Shown piece after piece: positions 1 to 10,702 of a DNA stretch of 64,000 nucleotides (positions are counted from its first letter, which is position 1; the number at the start of each line of letters is the position of its first letter). The translations under genes were made by a program, and so were the position numbers. The stretch comes from an uncultured Candidatus Entotheonella sp. (lineage in GTDB: Bacteria; Tectomicrobia; Entotheonellia; Entotheonellales; Entotheonellaceae): positions 1,056,001 to 1,120,000 of the forward strand of contig CBDCDA010000001.1 in assembly GCA_965215335.1 (NCBI GenBank), read 5' to 3'. The notes beneath the pieces were generated by a model. That model was not told the DNA's origin. It saw nothing but the letters and a program-made list of their open reading frames with translations, and did no database searches.

Positions 1-841
1 CGTCCAGCGGTACGGTGTACAAACGCCAGTTGTAACCGGCATCGTAGCGCTGGCGGTGGCCGAGATAGGCAATCGCCCGCCCGTCCGGCGAGAAAGCCGG
101 GCGTCCTGCCGGCCCGGTGGTGTCCGTCAGACAGCGCGGTTCGCCACCGTCGCGAGACATGATCCACACGTCCGACGCATCGTCCTCGTCACGCTCGGCA
201 TGGCGCGCCGAGGTGAAGGCCAGCAACGTGCCGTCCGGCGACCACGCCGGCTCGCCGTGGTTATCATCGCTGTCGGTGACCTGGCTCACGGTGCCGTCGT
301 CCACCACCACTACGAACAGGTGCGACCGGCGGTCGTACACGAACCCCTCACCGTTCATCTTGTACTTGAGGGTCGTGATCACCCGCGCCGGCCTGGAACG
401 CGGCTCCGCCGGCTCGCCCTGCGGCTCTTCATCGCCGCCTACCCGCGATACGAAAGCCAGACGCCTGCCGTCCGGCGACCAGACGGGATCGGCAACACCC
501 TGGGCCAGTTCGGTCAACCGCACGGATTCGCCGCCGTCGATCGGCATGATGTACAGTTGGGGGCGCTTCTGACCCTGCCGCTCGGACACGAATGCCAACC
601 GCGTTCCATCCGGCGACCAGCGCGGCGCACGGTCTCGTTTGTCGCCGCTGGTCAAACGGCGTGGTGGCCCGCCGTCGGCGGCCACCATCCAGATGTTCGA
701 CAGGTACTGATCGCGTTCCTCGCACAGCGTCGTCACCACGAACGCTACCCGCTGCCCGTCGGGCGACATCTGTGCGTCACCCACCCAGCGGATGCGGGTA
801 ATGTCCTCCGGCATCATCCCCCGCCGGCGCCTTGCGCTCAT
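1..841 (-). CDS. S9-family peptidase (acylaminoacyl/dipeptidyl peptidase), N-terminal TolB-like propeller part; runs off the window
   Basis: Manual minus-strand translation from ATG at 841 (RBS GGAGG upstream): MSARRRRGMMPEDITRIRWVGDAQMSPDGQRVAFVV...PRWSPDGTRLAFVS, with repeated PD40-like WSPDG motifs. Missing from the ORF track because there is no stop inside the window. Confidence 0.8.
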   Translation of the reverse strand, partial: MSARRRRGMMPEDITRIRWVGDAQMSPDGQRVAFVVTTLCEERDQYLSNIWMVAADGGPPRRLTSGDKRDRAPRWSPDGTRLAFVSERQGQKRPQLYIMPIDGGESVRLTELAQGVADPVWSPDGRRLAFVSRVGGDEEPQGEPAEPRSRPARVITTLKYKMNGEGFVYDRRSHLFVVVVDDGTVSQVTDSDDNHGEPAWSPDGTLLAFTSARHAERDEDDASDVWIMSRDGGEPRCLTDTTGPAGRPAFSPDGRAIAYLGHRQRYDAGYNWRLYTVPLD

Positions 842-1011
842 GTCCTCCCCCTGTTTTCAGGCCCACCCGACAACGGGGCGGCACCCTAGCACGCCGTTTC
901 AGCGAGTGTCAAACGGCCCTGCGCTGTGCTATCATGAATACCCCTCGGGACCCGGGAACGGTGCCTGCCGCCGGTCGAACGGGGCATCTCTGCAGAACGG
1001 AGGAGCGCGTC

Positions 1012-2226
1012 ATGGCAATGTCGAAAACCGCCCTTGGCGGCATCCGCGTGCTGGACCTGGGGCGGTACCAGGCCGGACCCCGTATTGGCCTCGTTCTGGC
1101 CCGGCTGGGCGCCGAGGTAATCAAGGTCGAAGCGCCCGGCGGCGACGAGAGTCGCAAGAACGGGCCGTTCGTGCGCGGCCAGAGCGCCTACTGGGTGCAG
1201 TACAACAGCGGCAAGAAGAGTCTCGGCCTCAACCTGCGCACCGAATCGGGACTCGACATCGTGCGCCGCCTGGTCGAGGTCTCCGACGTGCTCATCCAGA
1301 ACTTCCGGCCCGGCACCATCGACGCCATGGGGCTTGGCTACGACCGGCTCAAGGAACTGAACCCCCGCCTCGTCATGGTCAACGTGTCGGCCTACGGGCA
1401 ATACGGCCCCTACCGCGACCGCATCGGCTTTGACCCCATCGGCCAAGCCATAAGCGGCATGATGTCCCTCACGGGCTTTCCCGGCAACCCGCCCACCCGC
1501 ACCTACAACCCCGTGATCGACCGCATCACCGCCCTGCACGGCGCCATCGGCACGCTGGCGGCCCTCCAGGAACGCCACGTGTCCGGCGCGGGCCAGTGCG
1601 TTGACGTGTGCCTGGCCGATACCGGCTTCAGCATGACGGAAATCCAGTGCGCCGCGTTTCTTGGCGAGGGCATCGTGCCGGAACGTACCGGCAACGGCCG
1701 CGGTCTGATGAATACCTACGAAACCCGCGATGGCTGGGTGCTCGTCGCCGCCATCAGCGACAATATCTGGCCGCGTTTGTGCGCGGCGATCGACGCCCCG
1801 GAGTGGGTAAACGACGCGCGCTTCAAGACGGTTGACGACCGCGGCCGAGCCTGGAAAGCCATCGAGGAGCGGCTGCGCACCTGGTTCGACAAACGCACGG
1901 CGCGGGAATCGGTGGATCGCCTGTCGGCCCTGGGCATTCCGATCAACGCCGTGAACGACGTGCCGGCCGCCGCCCGCGACCCCCAGTTGCACGAGCGCGA
2001 GCTGCTCGTAGAAGTCAGCGACCCCGTTGCCGGCACCATCCACGTCTCCGGCAAGAACATCAGACTGAGCCGCAGCGAAACGGTGGTGGGACCGGCGCCG
2101 CTGCCCGGTCAACACACCGAGGAAATCCTCACCGGACTGCTCGGCTGCACCCCGCAGGACCTCGACGGTCTGGAAGCCGCCGGCGCCGTGTATCGCCGCA
2201 CGCCGCAACCCGTGGATGGTGAATAG
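1012..2226 (+). CDS. CaiB/BaiF family III CoA-transferase
   Basis: LGGIRVLDL, LGAEVIKVEAPGGDESR, NSGKKSLGLNL, DVLIQNFRPG, GFDPIGQAISGMM, APLPGQHT; GGAGGAG RBS before ATG 1012. Confidence 0.92.
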   Translation: MAMSKTALGGIRVLDLGRYQAGPRIGLVLARLGAEVIKVEAPGGDESRKNGPFVRGQSAYWVQYNSGKKSLGLNLRTESGLDIVRRLVEVSDVLIQNFRPGTIDAMGLGYDRLKELNPRLVMVNVSAYGQYGPYRDRIGFDPIGQAISGMMSLTGFPGNPPTRTYNPVIDRITALHGAIGTLAALQERHVSGAGQCVDVCLADTGFSMTEIQCAAFLGEGIVPERTGNGRGLMNTYETRDGWVLVAAISDNIWPRLCAAIDAPEWVNDARFKTVDDRGRAWKAIEERLRTWFDKRTARESVDRLSALGIPINAVNDVPAAARDPQLHERELLVEVSDPVAGTIHVSGKNIRLSRSETVVGPAPLPGQHTEEILTGLLGCTPQDLDGLEAAGAVYRRTPQPVDGE

Positions 2227-2280
2227 GCCTTGCCTTTGCTATTCACTCTCCACCAACCCCTGCTTTGACGGGAGGTGGGC

Positions 2281-4350
2281 ATGAGAAGCTATCGCTATTC
2301 ACGCTGGGATGGGACGCAGGAATCGCTGCCGGTCGACGGTGACGACCTGATGGAAGCCATGGCGGACGATCTGGCGTCGCACGGCGACCTCCGCCAGGCA
2401 CTGCGCAATTTGATGCGGCGCGGCATGCAGGGGCGCATGGGCAGCGGCTTCGAAGGCATCCGGGAGATGGTGGAACGCCTCAAGCAGCAGAGCCGCGAGC
2501 GCCTGGAACGCTACAACTTGGCGTCGCTCGTGGATGAGTTGAAGAAGCGTCTGGAAGACATTATCCGACAGGAGAAGAAGGCGCTGAACCCCTCGCCGCA
2601 ACAGGGTCAACAGGGCGATGAGGCCGCTACTGGCTCTCAGGCATCCGGCGAGCCGGCGGATGGGGCCGGCCAACAGAGCGCCCAAGCGACATCCGCTGAA
2701 GTATCGGGCCAGGCCGGAAGCGGCGACAATCAGCAACGCCGCGCCTTCATGGATCGGCTGCCGGACGATTTCGCCGCCCGCGTCAAAGCCCTGCAGTCGT
2801 ACGATTTCGTCGATCCGCAGGCGCAGCAGGCCTTCGACGAGCTCATGGAGGCGCTCAAACGGCAGGCCATGGGCAACGCCATGCGCGACATGGCGCAGCG
2901 CTTTGCCGACATGGCGCCCGAGGAGCGCCAGCGCTTGAAGGAGATGATCGCCGACCTGAATCGCATGCTGGACCAGCAGGTGTGGGGCGAGCAGCCCGAT
3001 TTCGACGGCTTCATGCAGAAGTACGGCGACATGTTCGGCTCCAATCCGCCCCAGAGCCTGGAGGAACTGACCCAGCAGATGGCCTCGCAGATGGCGCAGA
3101 TGCAGTCGCTCTTCAACAGCCTGCCGGAGGACCTGCGGCAGGAACTCCAGGAGATGCTCAGCGCCGCCTTCGAGGACGAGGAGTTGGCAGCCGAACTGGC
3201 GGAATTGCAGGCCAACCTCGACTTCCTTGCCGCCGATGAGCGACCTTCCTACGAATTCAGCGGCGATACCGACGTGCCCCTGGAACAGGCCATGCAACTG
3301 ATGGACGATCTCCAGAAGGTCGATGACCTGCAAAAGCAGCTGCAAGACGTGGGCAAGACCGGCTCCCTGCAGGACGTCGATGCCGAAACGCTGGAAGCCA
3401 TCCTTGGCCCCGAGGGGCGCCAGGAATTGGAGAAACTGCGCGAGCTCGAGCGTCGCCTTGAAGAAGCCGGCTACCTGAAGCGCCAGGGCGAGCGCCTCGA
3501 ATTGACCGCCAAGGGCGTGCGCAGGATCGGCGCCAAAGTGCTACGCGACATCTTCAACCGACTCGAGATCGGCCGCCACGGCGGGCACCGCACCGACCGG
3601 CGCGGTATCGGCAGCGAGGCGCGGCTCGATACCAAGCCCTACGAGTACGGCGACCCCTTCAGCCTGCATTTGCAGCAGAGCCTGATGAACGCCGTGCAGC
3701 GCCAGGGCAAGGGCGCCCCGGTGCGCCTTCTGCCTGAGGATTTCGAGGTGTACCGGGAGGAGAACCTGAACCAGTGCTCGACCGTCCTGATGCTGGACCA
3801 GAGCCGCTCGATGGGGCTGAACGGCTGCTTCGACGCCGCCAAGAAGGTGGCGCTGGCGCTGCACAGCCTGATCAGGATGCAGTATCCGAAGGACAACCTG
3901 CACGTCATCGGATTCGCCGAGTACGCCAGCGAGCTGCGGCACGAAGACATCCCGTCGTCGTCCTGGGGCAGCTACTATCCCGGCACCAACATGCACCACG
4001 CCCTGATGATCGCCCGGCGGCTGCTGTCGCGCTCGCGGCACGGCCAGCGGCAGGTGCTGATGGTCACCGACGGCGAGCCCACCGCCCACCTGGAGCAGAG
4101 CCTCGCCTACTTCAACTACCCCCCCACCTGGCGCACCATCGAGCAGACGCTGCAGGAGGTCAGGCGCTGCACCCGCGAGGGCATCGTGATCAATACGTTC
4201 ATGATGGAGCAGGATCCGTACCTGATGCGCTTCGTGCAGGAAATCACCAGGATCAACCGCGGGCGGGCATTTTTCTCCTCCCCCGGCCACCTGGGGCAGT
4301 ACGTCGTCACCGACTACCTCAACAACAAGCGTCGCCGGCGTATCGCCTGA
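2281..4350 (+). CDS. VWA domain-containing protein (long helical N-terminus, C-terminal MIDAS)
   Basis: N-terminal YRYSRWDGTQ; MIDAS-like DQSRS...GTNM...VTDGEP. Confidence 0.85.
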   Translation: MRSYRYSRWDGTQESLPVDGDDLMEAMADDLASHGDLRQALRNLMRRGMQGRMGSGFEGIREMVERLKQQSRERLERYNLASLVDELKKRLEDIIRQEKKALNPSPQQGQQGDEAATGSQASGEPADGAGQQSAQATSAEVSGQAGSGDNQQRRAFMDRLPDDFAARVKALQSYDFVDPQAQQAFDELMEALKRQAMGNAMRDMAQRFADMAPEERQRLKEMIADLNRMLDQQVWGEQPDFDGFMQKYGDMFGSNPPQSLEELTQQMASQMAQMQSLFNSLPEDLRQELQEMLSAAFEDEELAAELAELQANLDFLAADERPSYEFSGDTDVPLEQAMQLMDDLQKVDDLQKQLQDVGKTGSLQDVDAETLEAILGPEGRQELEKLRELERRLEEAGYLKRQGERLELTAKGVRRIGAKVLRDIFNRLEIGRHGGHRTDRRGIGSEARLDTKPYEYGDPFSLHLQQSLMNAVQRQGKGAPVRLLPEDFEVYREENLNQCSTVLMLDQSRSMGLNGCFDAAKKVALALHSLIRMQYPKDNLHVIGFAEYASELRHEDIPSSSWGSYYPGTNMHHALMIARRLLSRSRHGQRQVLMVTDGEPTAHLEQSLAYFNYPPTWRTIEQTLQEVRRCTREGIVINTFMMEQDPYLMRFVQEITRINRGRAFFSSPGHLGQYVVTDYLNNKRRRRIA

Positions 4351-4356
4351 GCGGCC

Positions 4357-5352
4357 TTAACGGATCCTCCCCTCGATGTGGGTCAGGGTGAAGGTGCTGC
4401 CCGGTTTGCGAGGGTAGACGATCATGCGGGCGCGGGACAGGGTCTTCTCCACCATTTCCAGCCACAAACGCTCCTTCGACACCTGCGGCGAGGTGCGCAC
4501 CTGCTCGGCCAGCTTGAGGAAGCGCTGCGCGGTGCCGTGGGCCGCGCTGACCACCTCGCTGCGGTAAATCTCCGCTTCCTGCCGAACCCGGTGCGCCTGG
4601 GCGCGGGCGCGTGGCAGCAGGTCCTTGGCGTAGCCGTCGGCGACGTTCATGAGCCGCTGACGGTCCGCCTTGGCGCTGGATACGTCGTTGAAGGCGGCGA
4701 TGACGTTCGGCGGCGGGTTGTCCTCGACGATGTTCACCGACACCACCTGCACGCCCAGCCCCATGGCATCGACCAGTTCCTGGATCGATACCCGCGATTC
4801 CTCCTGGATGCGCGCCTTGCCGCTGGACAGCACGTCGTCGACCTTCATGCGCGCCACCAGGAAGGTCAAGACACTCTCGGCGGCCTTGCGCAGCGCCACG
4901 TCCCGTGGCTGGCCGTCGCTGAAATCGGCGACGCGAAACAGGTAATCGACCGGCGACTTGATGATGTACTGGATGACCGTCTGCATCTCGACGATGTTGG
5001 TATCGCCGGTCAACCATTGCACCTCTTCTTCCGCTGCGGCGACGCCGGGTTGCGTATCCTCCTGATAGCTGAAGCCGACGGACATGGTGCGCACCTCGGT
5101 GGTGCGTACGAGGCGCATGATTTCCAGCGGGTACGGCAGGATGAAGTGCATGCCCGCCGGCAGGATGCTGCGCACGCGGCCGAAACGCAGCACGACGCCT
5201 TGCTCGTTCTGCTGCACCACCCAGACGCCGGTGACGGCCGTGTGGGCGATGAGGGCGACGAGCACAAGCGGCACCAGGTACCAGCCACGCAGCCGCACGC
5301 CGAAGCGGCGGCCGGCGCCGTTGTCAGCCGATGGCGTGGTGCTGGGCGTCAT
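4357..5352 (-). CDS. hflK: SPFH protein, HflK-like
   Basis: N-terminal TM, GVVLRFGR, LTGDTNIV, PPPNVIAAFNDVSSA, LLPRARAQA, ERLWLEMVE; overlaps the hflC stop. Confidence 0.85.
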   Translation of the reverse strand: MTPSTTPSADNGAGRRFGVRLRGWYLVPLVLVALIAHTAVTGVWVVQQNEQGVVLRFGRVRSILPAGMHFILPYPLEIMRLVRTTEVRTMSVGFSYQEDTQPGVAAAEEEVQWLTGDTNIVEMQTVIQYIIKSPVDYLFRVADFSDGQPRDVALRKAAESVLTFLVARMKVDDVLSSGKARIQEESRVSIQELVDAMGLGVQVVSVNIVEDNPPPNVIAAFNDVSSAKADRQRLMNVADGYAKDLLPRARAQAHRVRQEAEIYRSEVVSAAHGTAQRFLKLAEQVRTSPQVSKERLWLEMVEKTLSRARMIVYPRKPGSTFTLTHIEGRIR

Positions 5353-6311
5353 TGGGCGGCTCCTTCCTGCTGTTCCGTCAGGCGCTTCAGGCCATCGACG
5401 GCATCACCGACGCGCTCCGGCGCGACGGTGCCGGACGGCATCGGCGTCTGCAGCACCCTGAGCAACTCGGCGTCGCTCGGCACCACGATGGTCGAGCTCT
5501 CACCGATGATGTTCTGATAGGCCTCCAGCGAGCGCACGAACTCGAAGAATTCCGGGTCCTGGCCGAACGCCTCGGCGTAAATGCGGGTGGCCTCGGCGTC
5601 GGCCTCGCCGCGAATCTCCTCGGCCTGGCGGCGCGCCTCGTTCAGCAGCACGGCCTCCTCGCGGTCGGCGCTGGCGCGGATTTTTTCGGCCTCTTCCTCG
5701 CCCTCGGAGCGGTACAGCCGCGCGATGCGCTGGCGCTCGGCCTCCATGCGGCGGAACACCGCCTGCTTGTTCTGCGGCGGAAAATTGAGACGCTTGACGC
5801 GCACCGCGGCGATGTGCACGCCAAAGCTGTCGCTGGCGCGCTGCGCGGTCTTGCGGGTGATGTCGCGCATCACGTCGGCCATCGTCTGGTCCTGATCCTC
5901 GGTCGAAACCAGGGCCGACAGCGGGTACGCGCCGAGCGTCGTGCCGACCTCCGAGCGCATGATGTCCGTCAGCCGCGCCTCGGCGCTGGTCTTGTCGGTG
6001 AGGCTGACCAAGTAGCGCAGCGGGTCGGCCACCGACCAGACGAGAAAGCTGCTCACCAGGATGTTCTTCTTGTCCGAAGTCAGGTACTCGCCGGGCTCGG
6101 GATCGAGCACGTTGGCGCGCCGGTCGATGCGCAACAGGGTCTCGATGGGCGGCGGCCACTTGAAGTGCAGGCCAGCCTGGTCGATCACCCGCCGCGGGTC
6201 GCCGAAGCGCGCCACAATGACGTACTCGGTTTCCTGTACCTGGAAGGTGCCCGCGACGGTAACGAGGGCCATCACGACCACCACGCCAATCACGATGAAA
6301 ACGCTTCGCAT
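5349..6311 (-). CDS. hflC: SPFH protein, HflC-like
   Basis: RFGDP, GLHFKWP, LTSDKKNILV, VFRRMEAERQRIA, RSEGEEEA, DPEFFEFVRSLEAY. Confidence 0.9.
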   Translation of the reverse strand: MRSVFIVIGVVVVMALVTVAGTFQVQETEYVIVARFGDPRRVIDQAGLHFKWPPPIETLLRIDRRANVLDPEPGEYLTSDKKNILVSSFLVWSVADPLRYLVSLTDKTSAEARLTDIMRSEVGTTLGAYPLSALVSTEDQDQTMADVMRDITRKTAQRASDSFGVHIAAVRVKRLNFPPQNKQAVFRRMEAERQRIARLYRSEGEEEAEKIRASADREEAVLLNEARRQAEEIRGEADAEATRIYAEAFGQDPEFFEFVRSLEAYQNIIGESSTIVVPSDAELLRVLQTPMPSGTVAPERVGDAVDGLKRLTEQQEGAAQ

Positions 6312-6341
6312 GTCATTGACCTCCCACGGATCTCGCCACGT

Positions 6342-8447
6342 TCACCTTCCGTCACGAATGTTCCACAGATCGACCTCGACGTCATCGCCCAGCAGGAACA
6401 GCCCCTTGACGCCCTGCAAGGCGCTCTCGACGGTATCGAAGTACAATCGCTGCCGGGTCAGCGCCTCGTTGTTGCGGTAAGCGTCCAGGCGCGACACGAA
6501 GGCCGCCCCCTGCCCTTGCGCCGCGTTGAGCTTCTCGCTTTGGAAGCTCCGCGCCTCCTGGAGCAGGGAAAAGGCTTCGGCACGCGCCGAAGCCAGGGTT
6601 TCGGAGTGGTAACCCTCGGCCTGCCGGATTTTGCGCTCGCGGTCCTCCAGCGAGCTGGCGACGTCACGAAACGCCTCGTGCACGGCAGGCGGGGCGTGGG
6701 CGTCGAGCAGGTTCAGGGCCACCACGCGCACGCCGCTGCCAACGGCGTCGAGCTCGGCTTGCAGGGTAGCCAGAACCTCCTGCTCGATGGCGGCCCGGTC
6801 GGTCACCAGGACCTCCGACGACGAGCGCCGCGCCACCGTCTGACGCATGGCCCACTCGGCAAAGGTGCGCACCACCGCAGCGGGATCGGCCACCCGGTAA
6901 CGATAGGCGTAAGGTTCGGCGACGCTGAAGTGGACGGTGTGGAACAGGCTGAGAATGCTTTCCTCGCCGCTCATCACCTGGGCAGCGTCGATCGACTCCT
7001 CACCATCGGAGCGTTCGATGTCGATGCGGTTGGCCGCCCGCCGAAAGCCCTGGTCGAGGCTGCGCACGTCGTCGGTACGCAGCCGGGTGACGCGGTCGAC
7101 CGGCAGCGGCAGGTGGGCGTACAGGCCGGGGATGTCCAGCGTGCGCACGACGCGCCCGAAGCGCACCACCCAGGCAGCCTCGCCCGGTCCGACCACGGAA
7201 AACGCCGTGGAGACGTACAGTGCCACGACAACGATCAGGGCGGCCACTCGGAAGGCGGGGGACAGGGGGTCGAATCCCAGCGGCGCGCAGAAATCCCGCA
7301 CGCGCTGGACCATATACGGCCCCAGGCGCAGGCGCACCGTGCTGAACACCAGCAGGTAGACGAACAGGACCGTAGCGGCGATGTTGACGGGCGACAAGCC
7401 GCTTTCCACCACCTGGGCGACAATCGCGGCGAGGTCCACCGCGAAATGGCTGTAGACGGCGTTGATCAGCAGACCCAGCAGCAGGGCGCTGCCGGTCACC
7501 CCGATCAGGTGCAGCACCAGAACCCGCCGGCCCAGCAGGCGCGCGATGATGGCGATGGTGGTGGCGTTGGTCGCCGGCCCCACCAGCAGCAACACCAGCG
7601 CGGCGCCGGGGTCCAGACCCTTGGCAATCAGGGTGGCCGCCACCGGCGTGGCGGCGGCGGCGCAGATGTACATCGGTGTGCCGATCAGCAGCATCAGCAC
7701 CGACGACACGAACCCGGCAGGGATGATGGAGCCGAAGAAATCATCGGGAACGACAATGGCGATCAGTCCGGACACCAGCAGACCGATGATCAGCCACACC
7801 GTCAGGTCGTCCAGCAGCGGCCCGAAGGCGTAGGCCGTCGAATCCCGCGCCACTTCCTTGACGGAGCGTTTCCCGACCCCACCCGGCGTGTATACCGCGC
7901 TATGGTCGTGCCCGTGATCGTGCGTGAGGTCGTGAGGCGCACCGGGCGATAGCTCGCTGTCGCCGTCCAAACCGCGCCGCACCACGAAGTTGACCACCGA
8001 GCCGGTGAACACCGCGGTGGCGAACGCTCCCAGCGGGCGCGCCACCGTCATGATGGGATCGAGCAGCGCATACGTAATCCCAATGGAGTCCAACCCCGTC
8101 TCGGGCGTGGAGATCAGGAAGGACGTCGTCGCCCCCTTGCTCGCCCCGCTGCGCCGCAGCGACGTCGCTACCGGCAGCACAGAGCACGAGCACAACGGCA
8201 GCGGAATGCCGAACAGGGACGCCAGGGTCACCGACTTGAAGCGGTTCTCGCCAAGGTGCTTGTAGACCTTGTCCTCCGGCACCACCGCCTTCAGCAAACC
8301 GGCCAGCGCGAACCCGATCAACAGATACGGCGCCGACTCCGCCACCAGCGTCAGCATCACGTCAAAGTAGTCGTTCCACAGAAACCAGCAGACACCGATG
8401 CCGATAATGCAAATGCCAAGGGTAATCCCGTGCCGTCGCCAAGGCAT
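6342..8447 (-). CDS. SO_0444/DUF318-type metal permease fused to a C-terminal SPFH (HflK-like) domain
   Basis: N-half: ESAPYLLIG, GIPLPLCSCSVLP, GASKGATTSFLISTPETG, His-rich loop HDLTHDHGHDH, PMYICAAAATP, GPATN. C-half: VVRFGRV, HAPPAVHEAFRDVASS, RLYFDTVE. One uninterrupted 701-aa ORF. Confidence 0.85.
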   Translation of the reverse strand: MPWRRHGITLGICIIGIGVCWFLWNDYFDVMLTLVAESAPYLLIGFALAGLLKAVVPEDKVYKHLGENRFKSVTLASLFGIPLPLCSCSVLPVATSLRRSGASKGATTSFLISTPETGLDSIGITYALLDPIMTVARPLGAFATAVFTGSVVNFVVRRGLDGDSELSPGAPHDLTHDHGHDHSAVYTPGGVGKRSVKEVARDSTAYAFGPLLDDLTVWLIIGLLVSGLIAIVVPDDFFGSIIPAGFVSSVLMLLIGTPMYICAAAATPVAATLIAKGLDPGAALVLLLVGPATNATTIAIIARLLGRRVLVLHLIGVTGSALLLGLLINAVYSHFAVDLAAIVAQVVESGLSPVNIAATVLFVYLLVFSTVRLRLGPYMVQRVRDFCAPLGFDPLSPAFRVAALIVVVALYVSTAFSVVGPGEAAWVVRFGRVVRTLDIPGLYAHLPLPVDRVTRLRTDDVRSLDQGFRRAANRIDIERSDGEESIDAAQVMSGEESILSLFHTVHFSVAEPYAYRYRVADPAAVVRTFAEWAMRQTVARRSSSEVLVTDRAAIEQEVLATLQAELDAVGSGVRVVALNLLDAHAPPAVHEAFRDVASSLEDRERKIRQAEGYHSETLASARAEAFSLLQEARSFQSEKLNAAQGQGAAFVSRLDAYRNNEALTRQRLYFDTVESALQGVKGLFLLGDDVEVDLWNIRDGR

Positions 8448-8613
8448 AACAGTTCCTCCTTTGGGCTAACGGTCCTTGTGCTGCCATACCGGCCAGCCAT
8501 TCCGAACTCAGCAGACATTGCGCATTCTATAGGCATGATGACTAGAATGACAATTTCAAATGCGAGAGACATATTGATGGTACGATCCTTTCCATGTAAT
8601 CGAAGGAGGCACT

Positions 8614-10324
8614 ATGGGACAGGTACTTCACGGCAGCACCACGACTACGCACGCCGTCAGAAAAGGGCGAAAGCGAAACACCGTCGAAGACCACAAGACA
8701 GGACCCGGACAACCGCGCTCGACACTTCTCAGCGAGGACGAGGAAGCCCTCATCATAGCCTTCCGCCGCCACTCGAGACTGCCTCCATGCGCTCAAACCG
8801 ACCCTCCCGCATCTCACCCGTTCGTCACTCCATCGCTGCCTGAGGCGTCATGACATCAGCCGCCTGCCATTCGAAGAGAGCGACAAACCCGAAAGGAAGC
8901 GCTTTAGGCTCAGGACCTATAAAGGGTTATCATTGGTCATGCAGGATTCAAGACCCTGACTTCATAAGGAGGTTCATCATGCCCGATCACTGCTTCTGGC
9001 TATCCGACGTGCAGTTTGCCCGCCTGAAACCCCTGCTACCCAACAAGGTGCGGGGGGTCCCACGCGTCGATGACCGAAAAGTCATCAGCGGCATCATCCA
9101 CGTCATTCGATACGGTCTGATGTGGCGCCACGCGCCCGCCTGCTACGGTCCCCACAAGACGCTCTACAACCGCTTCGTGCGCTGGAGCAAGGCCGGTGTC
9201 TTCGACCGCATCTTCCAAACCTTGGCCGCCGACAGCACGGCCACCGAGACCGTCATGATCGACAGCACGCATCTCAAGGCGCATCGCACCGCTGCCAGCC
9301 TGCTTGAGGGGGGGCTTTTCCGCGTCATATCGGGCGTACCCGAGGCGGCCTCAACTCGAAACTTCACGCCGTCTGCGACGGCGACGGCAAGCCCGTCGTC
9401 ATGGTGTTGACTGCGGGCCAGGTCAGCGACTATCGCGGGGCAGACATGGCGCTGCCCGCATTGCCGGAGGCCGACGTGCTGATTGCCGACAAGGGTTATG
9501 ACAGCAACCGGCTGCGCAAGGCGCTTGCCGAGCGCAAGATCAAGCCCTGTATTCCAGGCCGTGCCAATCGTAAAGAGCCGATTGTCTACGACACGGAGCT
9601 TTACAAGAGCCGTAATCTCATCGAGCGCCTGTTCGGTCGTCTCAAGGATTGGCGTCGCATCGCCACGCGCTATGACCGGTGTGCGCACACCTTTTTCAGT
9701 GCCATCTGCCTTGCTGCCACGGTCATCTTCTGGATATGAGTCCTGAACCTAGGCGCTACCCTATCGGCTATTTCCATATCGACATCGCCGAACTGCGCAC
9801 CGCCGAGGGCAAACTCCATCGGTTCATCGCCATCGACCGGACCTCGAAGTTCGCCTTCGCCATACTGGTGGAACGCGCCACCACGAAAGGAGCGGCAGCA
9901 TTCCTGGACGACCTGGTTGCAGCCGTGCCCTGCCAGGTCCATACGGTGCTGACCGACATCGAGTTTGCCGATCTTGCCCGGAACCGAAGCGGCGCTACGG
10001 CGCGCTTGCGCGGTCACCTGTTCGAGCGGGCGTGTCGGCGACATGGGATCGAGCACCGTCTGACACAGCCCAACCATCCGTGGACCAACGCTCAGACCGA
10101 GCGCCTGAACCGCACGGTCAAGGAGGCCACCGTCAAGCGTTTCCACGACGAGAGTCATGCCCGACTACGCCGCCACCTGGATGATTTTCTGTCGGCCTAC
10201 AACTTCGCGCGGCGTCTCAAGACCCTCCGGGGCTTCACGCCCTACGAATACATCTGCAAGGTCTGAACATCGAAGCCGCAAAGATTCAAAATCAATCCAT
10301 ACCATCAAATCACGGGACTATACA
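8614..10324 (+). pseudogene. IS481-family transposase, degraded and interrupted by IS5
   Basis: MGQVLHGSTTTTHAVR start; after the IS5 it resumes RRYPIGYFHIDIAE...HPWTNAQTERLNRTVKEATVKRFH...TPYEYICK. Has deletions, frameshifts and a premature stop. Right end ...GGGACTATACA at 10324. Confidence 0.85.
8907..9749 (+). mobile_element. IS5-family (IS427-like) insertion sequence, 843 bp, TA target duplication
   Basis: Ends GGCTCAGGAC / GTCCTGAACC flanked by TA (8905-6, 9750-1). Removing it restores IS481 codons K-R-F-R-R-Y-P. Two-ORF transposase 8979-9739 (WLSDVQF...IDSTHLKAHR / ADKGYDS...RNLIERLFGRLKDWRRIATRYD). Confidence 0.93.
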
Positions 10325-10513
10325 CCTAGCACATCAGACGCAGCAATCGCTCAAGCTCAACCCGTCCTTGGCGCCTTGAGCGCCGGGCGACCATGCGTCT
10401 TGAGCCGAGGCACTTGGCGTGTCTGCCGCTAGGCACACACGTGACAGGCCCGACAAAAGGCTATCGCCAACACGCCAAACAACGTCTCCAAGCGCTCGCC
10501 AATTCGCAACGGC

Positions 10514-10702
10514 ATGATGGAACTGTCCGGGGTCGGCGCGTGGGTCCTCACCCTGATGGCGCTCTACGTCCTGGCGATCGGGGCCGGCCTGGTCGTGCTG
10601 CCGGTGCTTGCCGGGCGGCGGGCGCGTGCCGGCGGGCTCTTTCGCTACCCGTTGACGGTACGCTTCCTGAAAGAGCGCCGGCGCGGGAAGGTGAAGCCTT
10701 GA
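10514..10702 (+). CDS. Small membrane protein coupled to the TraD-like gene
   Basis: 62-aa hydrophobic ORF; its stop overlaps the TTG start at 10699. Confidence 0.5.
   Translation: MMELSGVGAWVLTLMALYVLAIGAGLVVLPVLAGRRARAGGLFRYPLTVRFLKERRRGKVKP

Noticed and set aside
5331..7952. Long antisense ORFs (e.g. 5331-7952, 44774-46723, 55215-57152, 60440-62596)
   Set aside because: Shadow frames of well-supported opposite-strand genes in GC-rich DNA.
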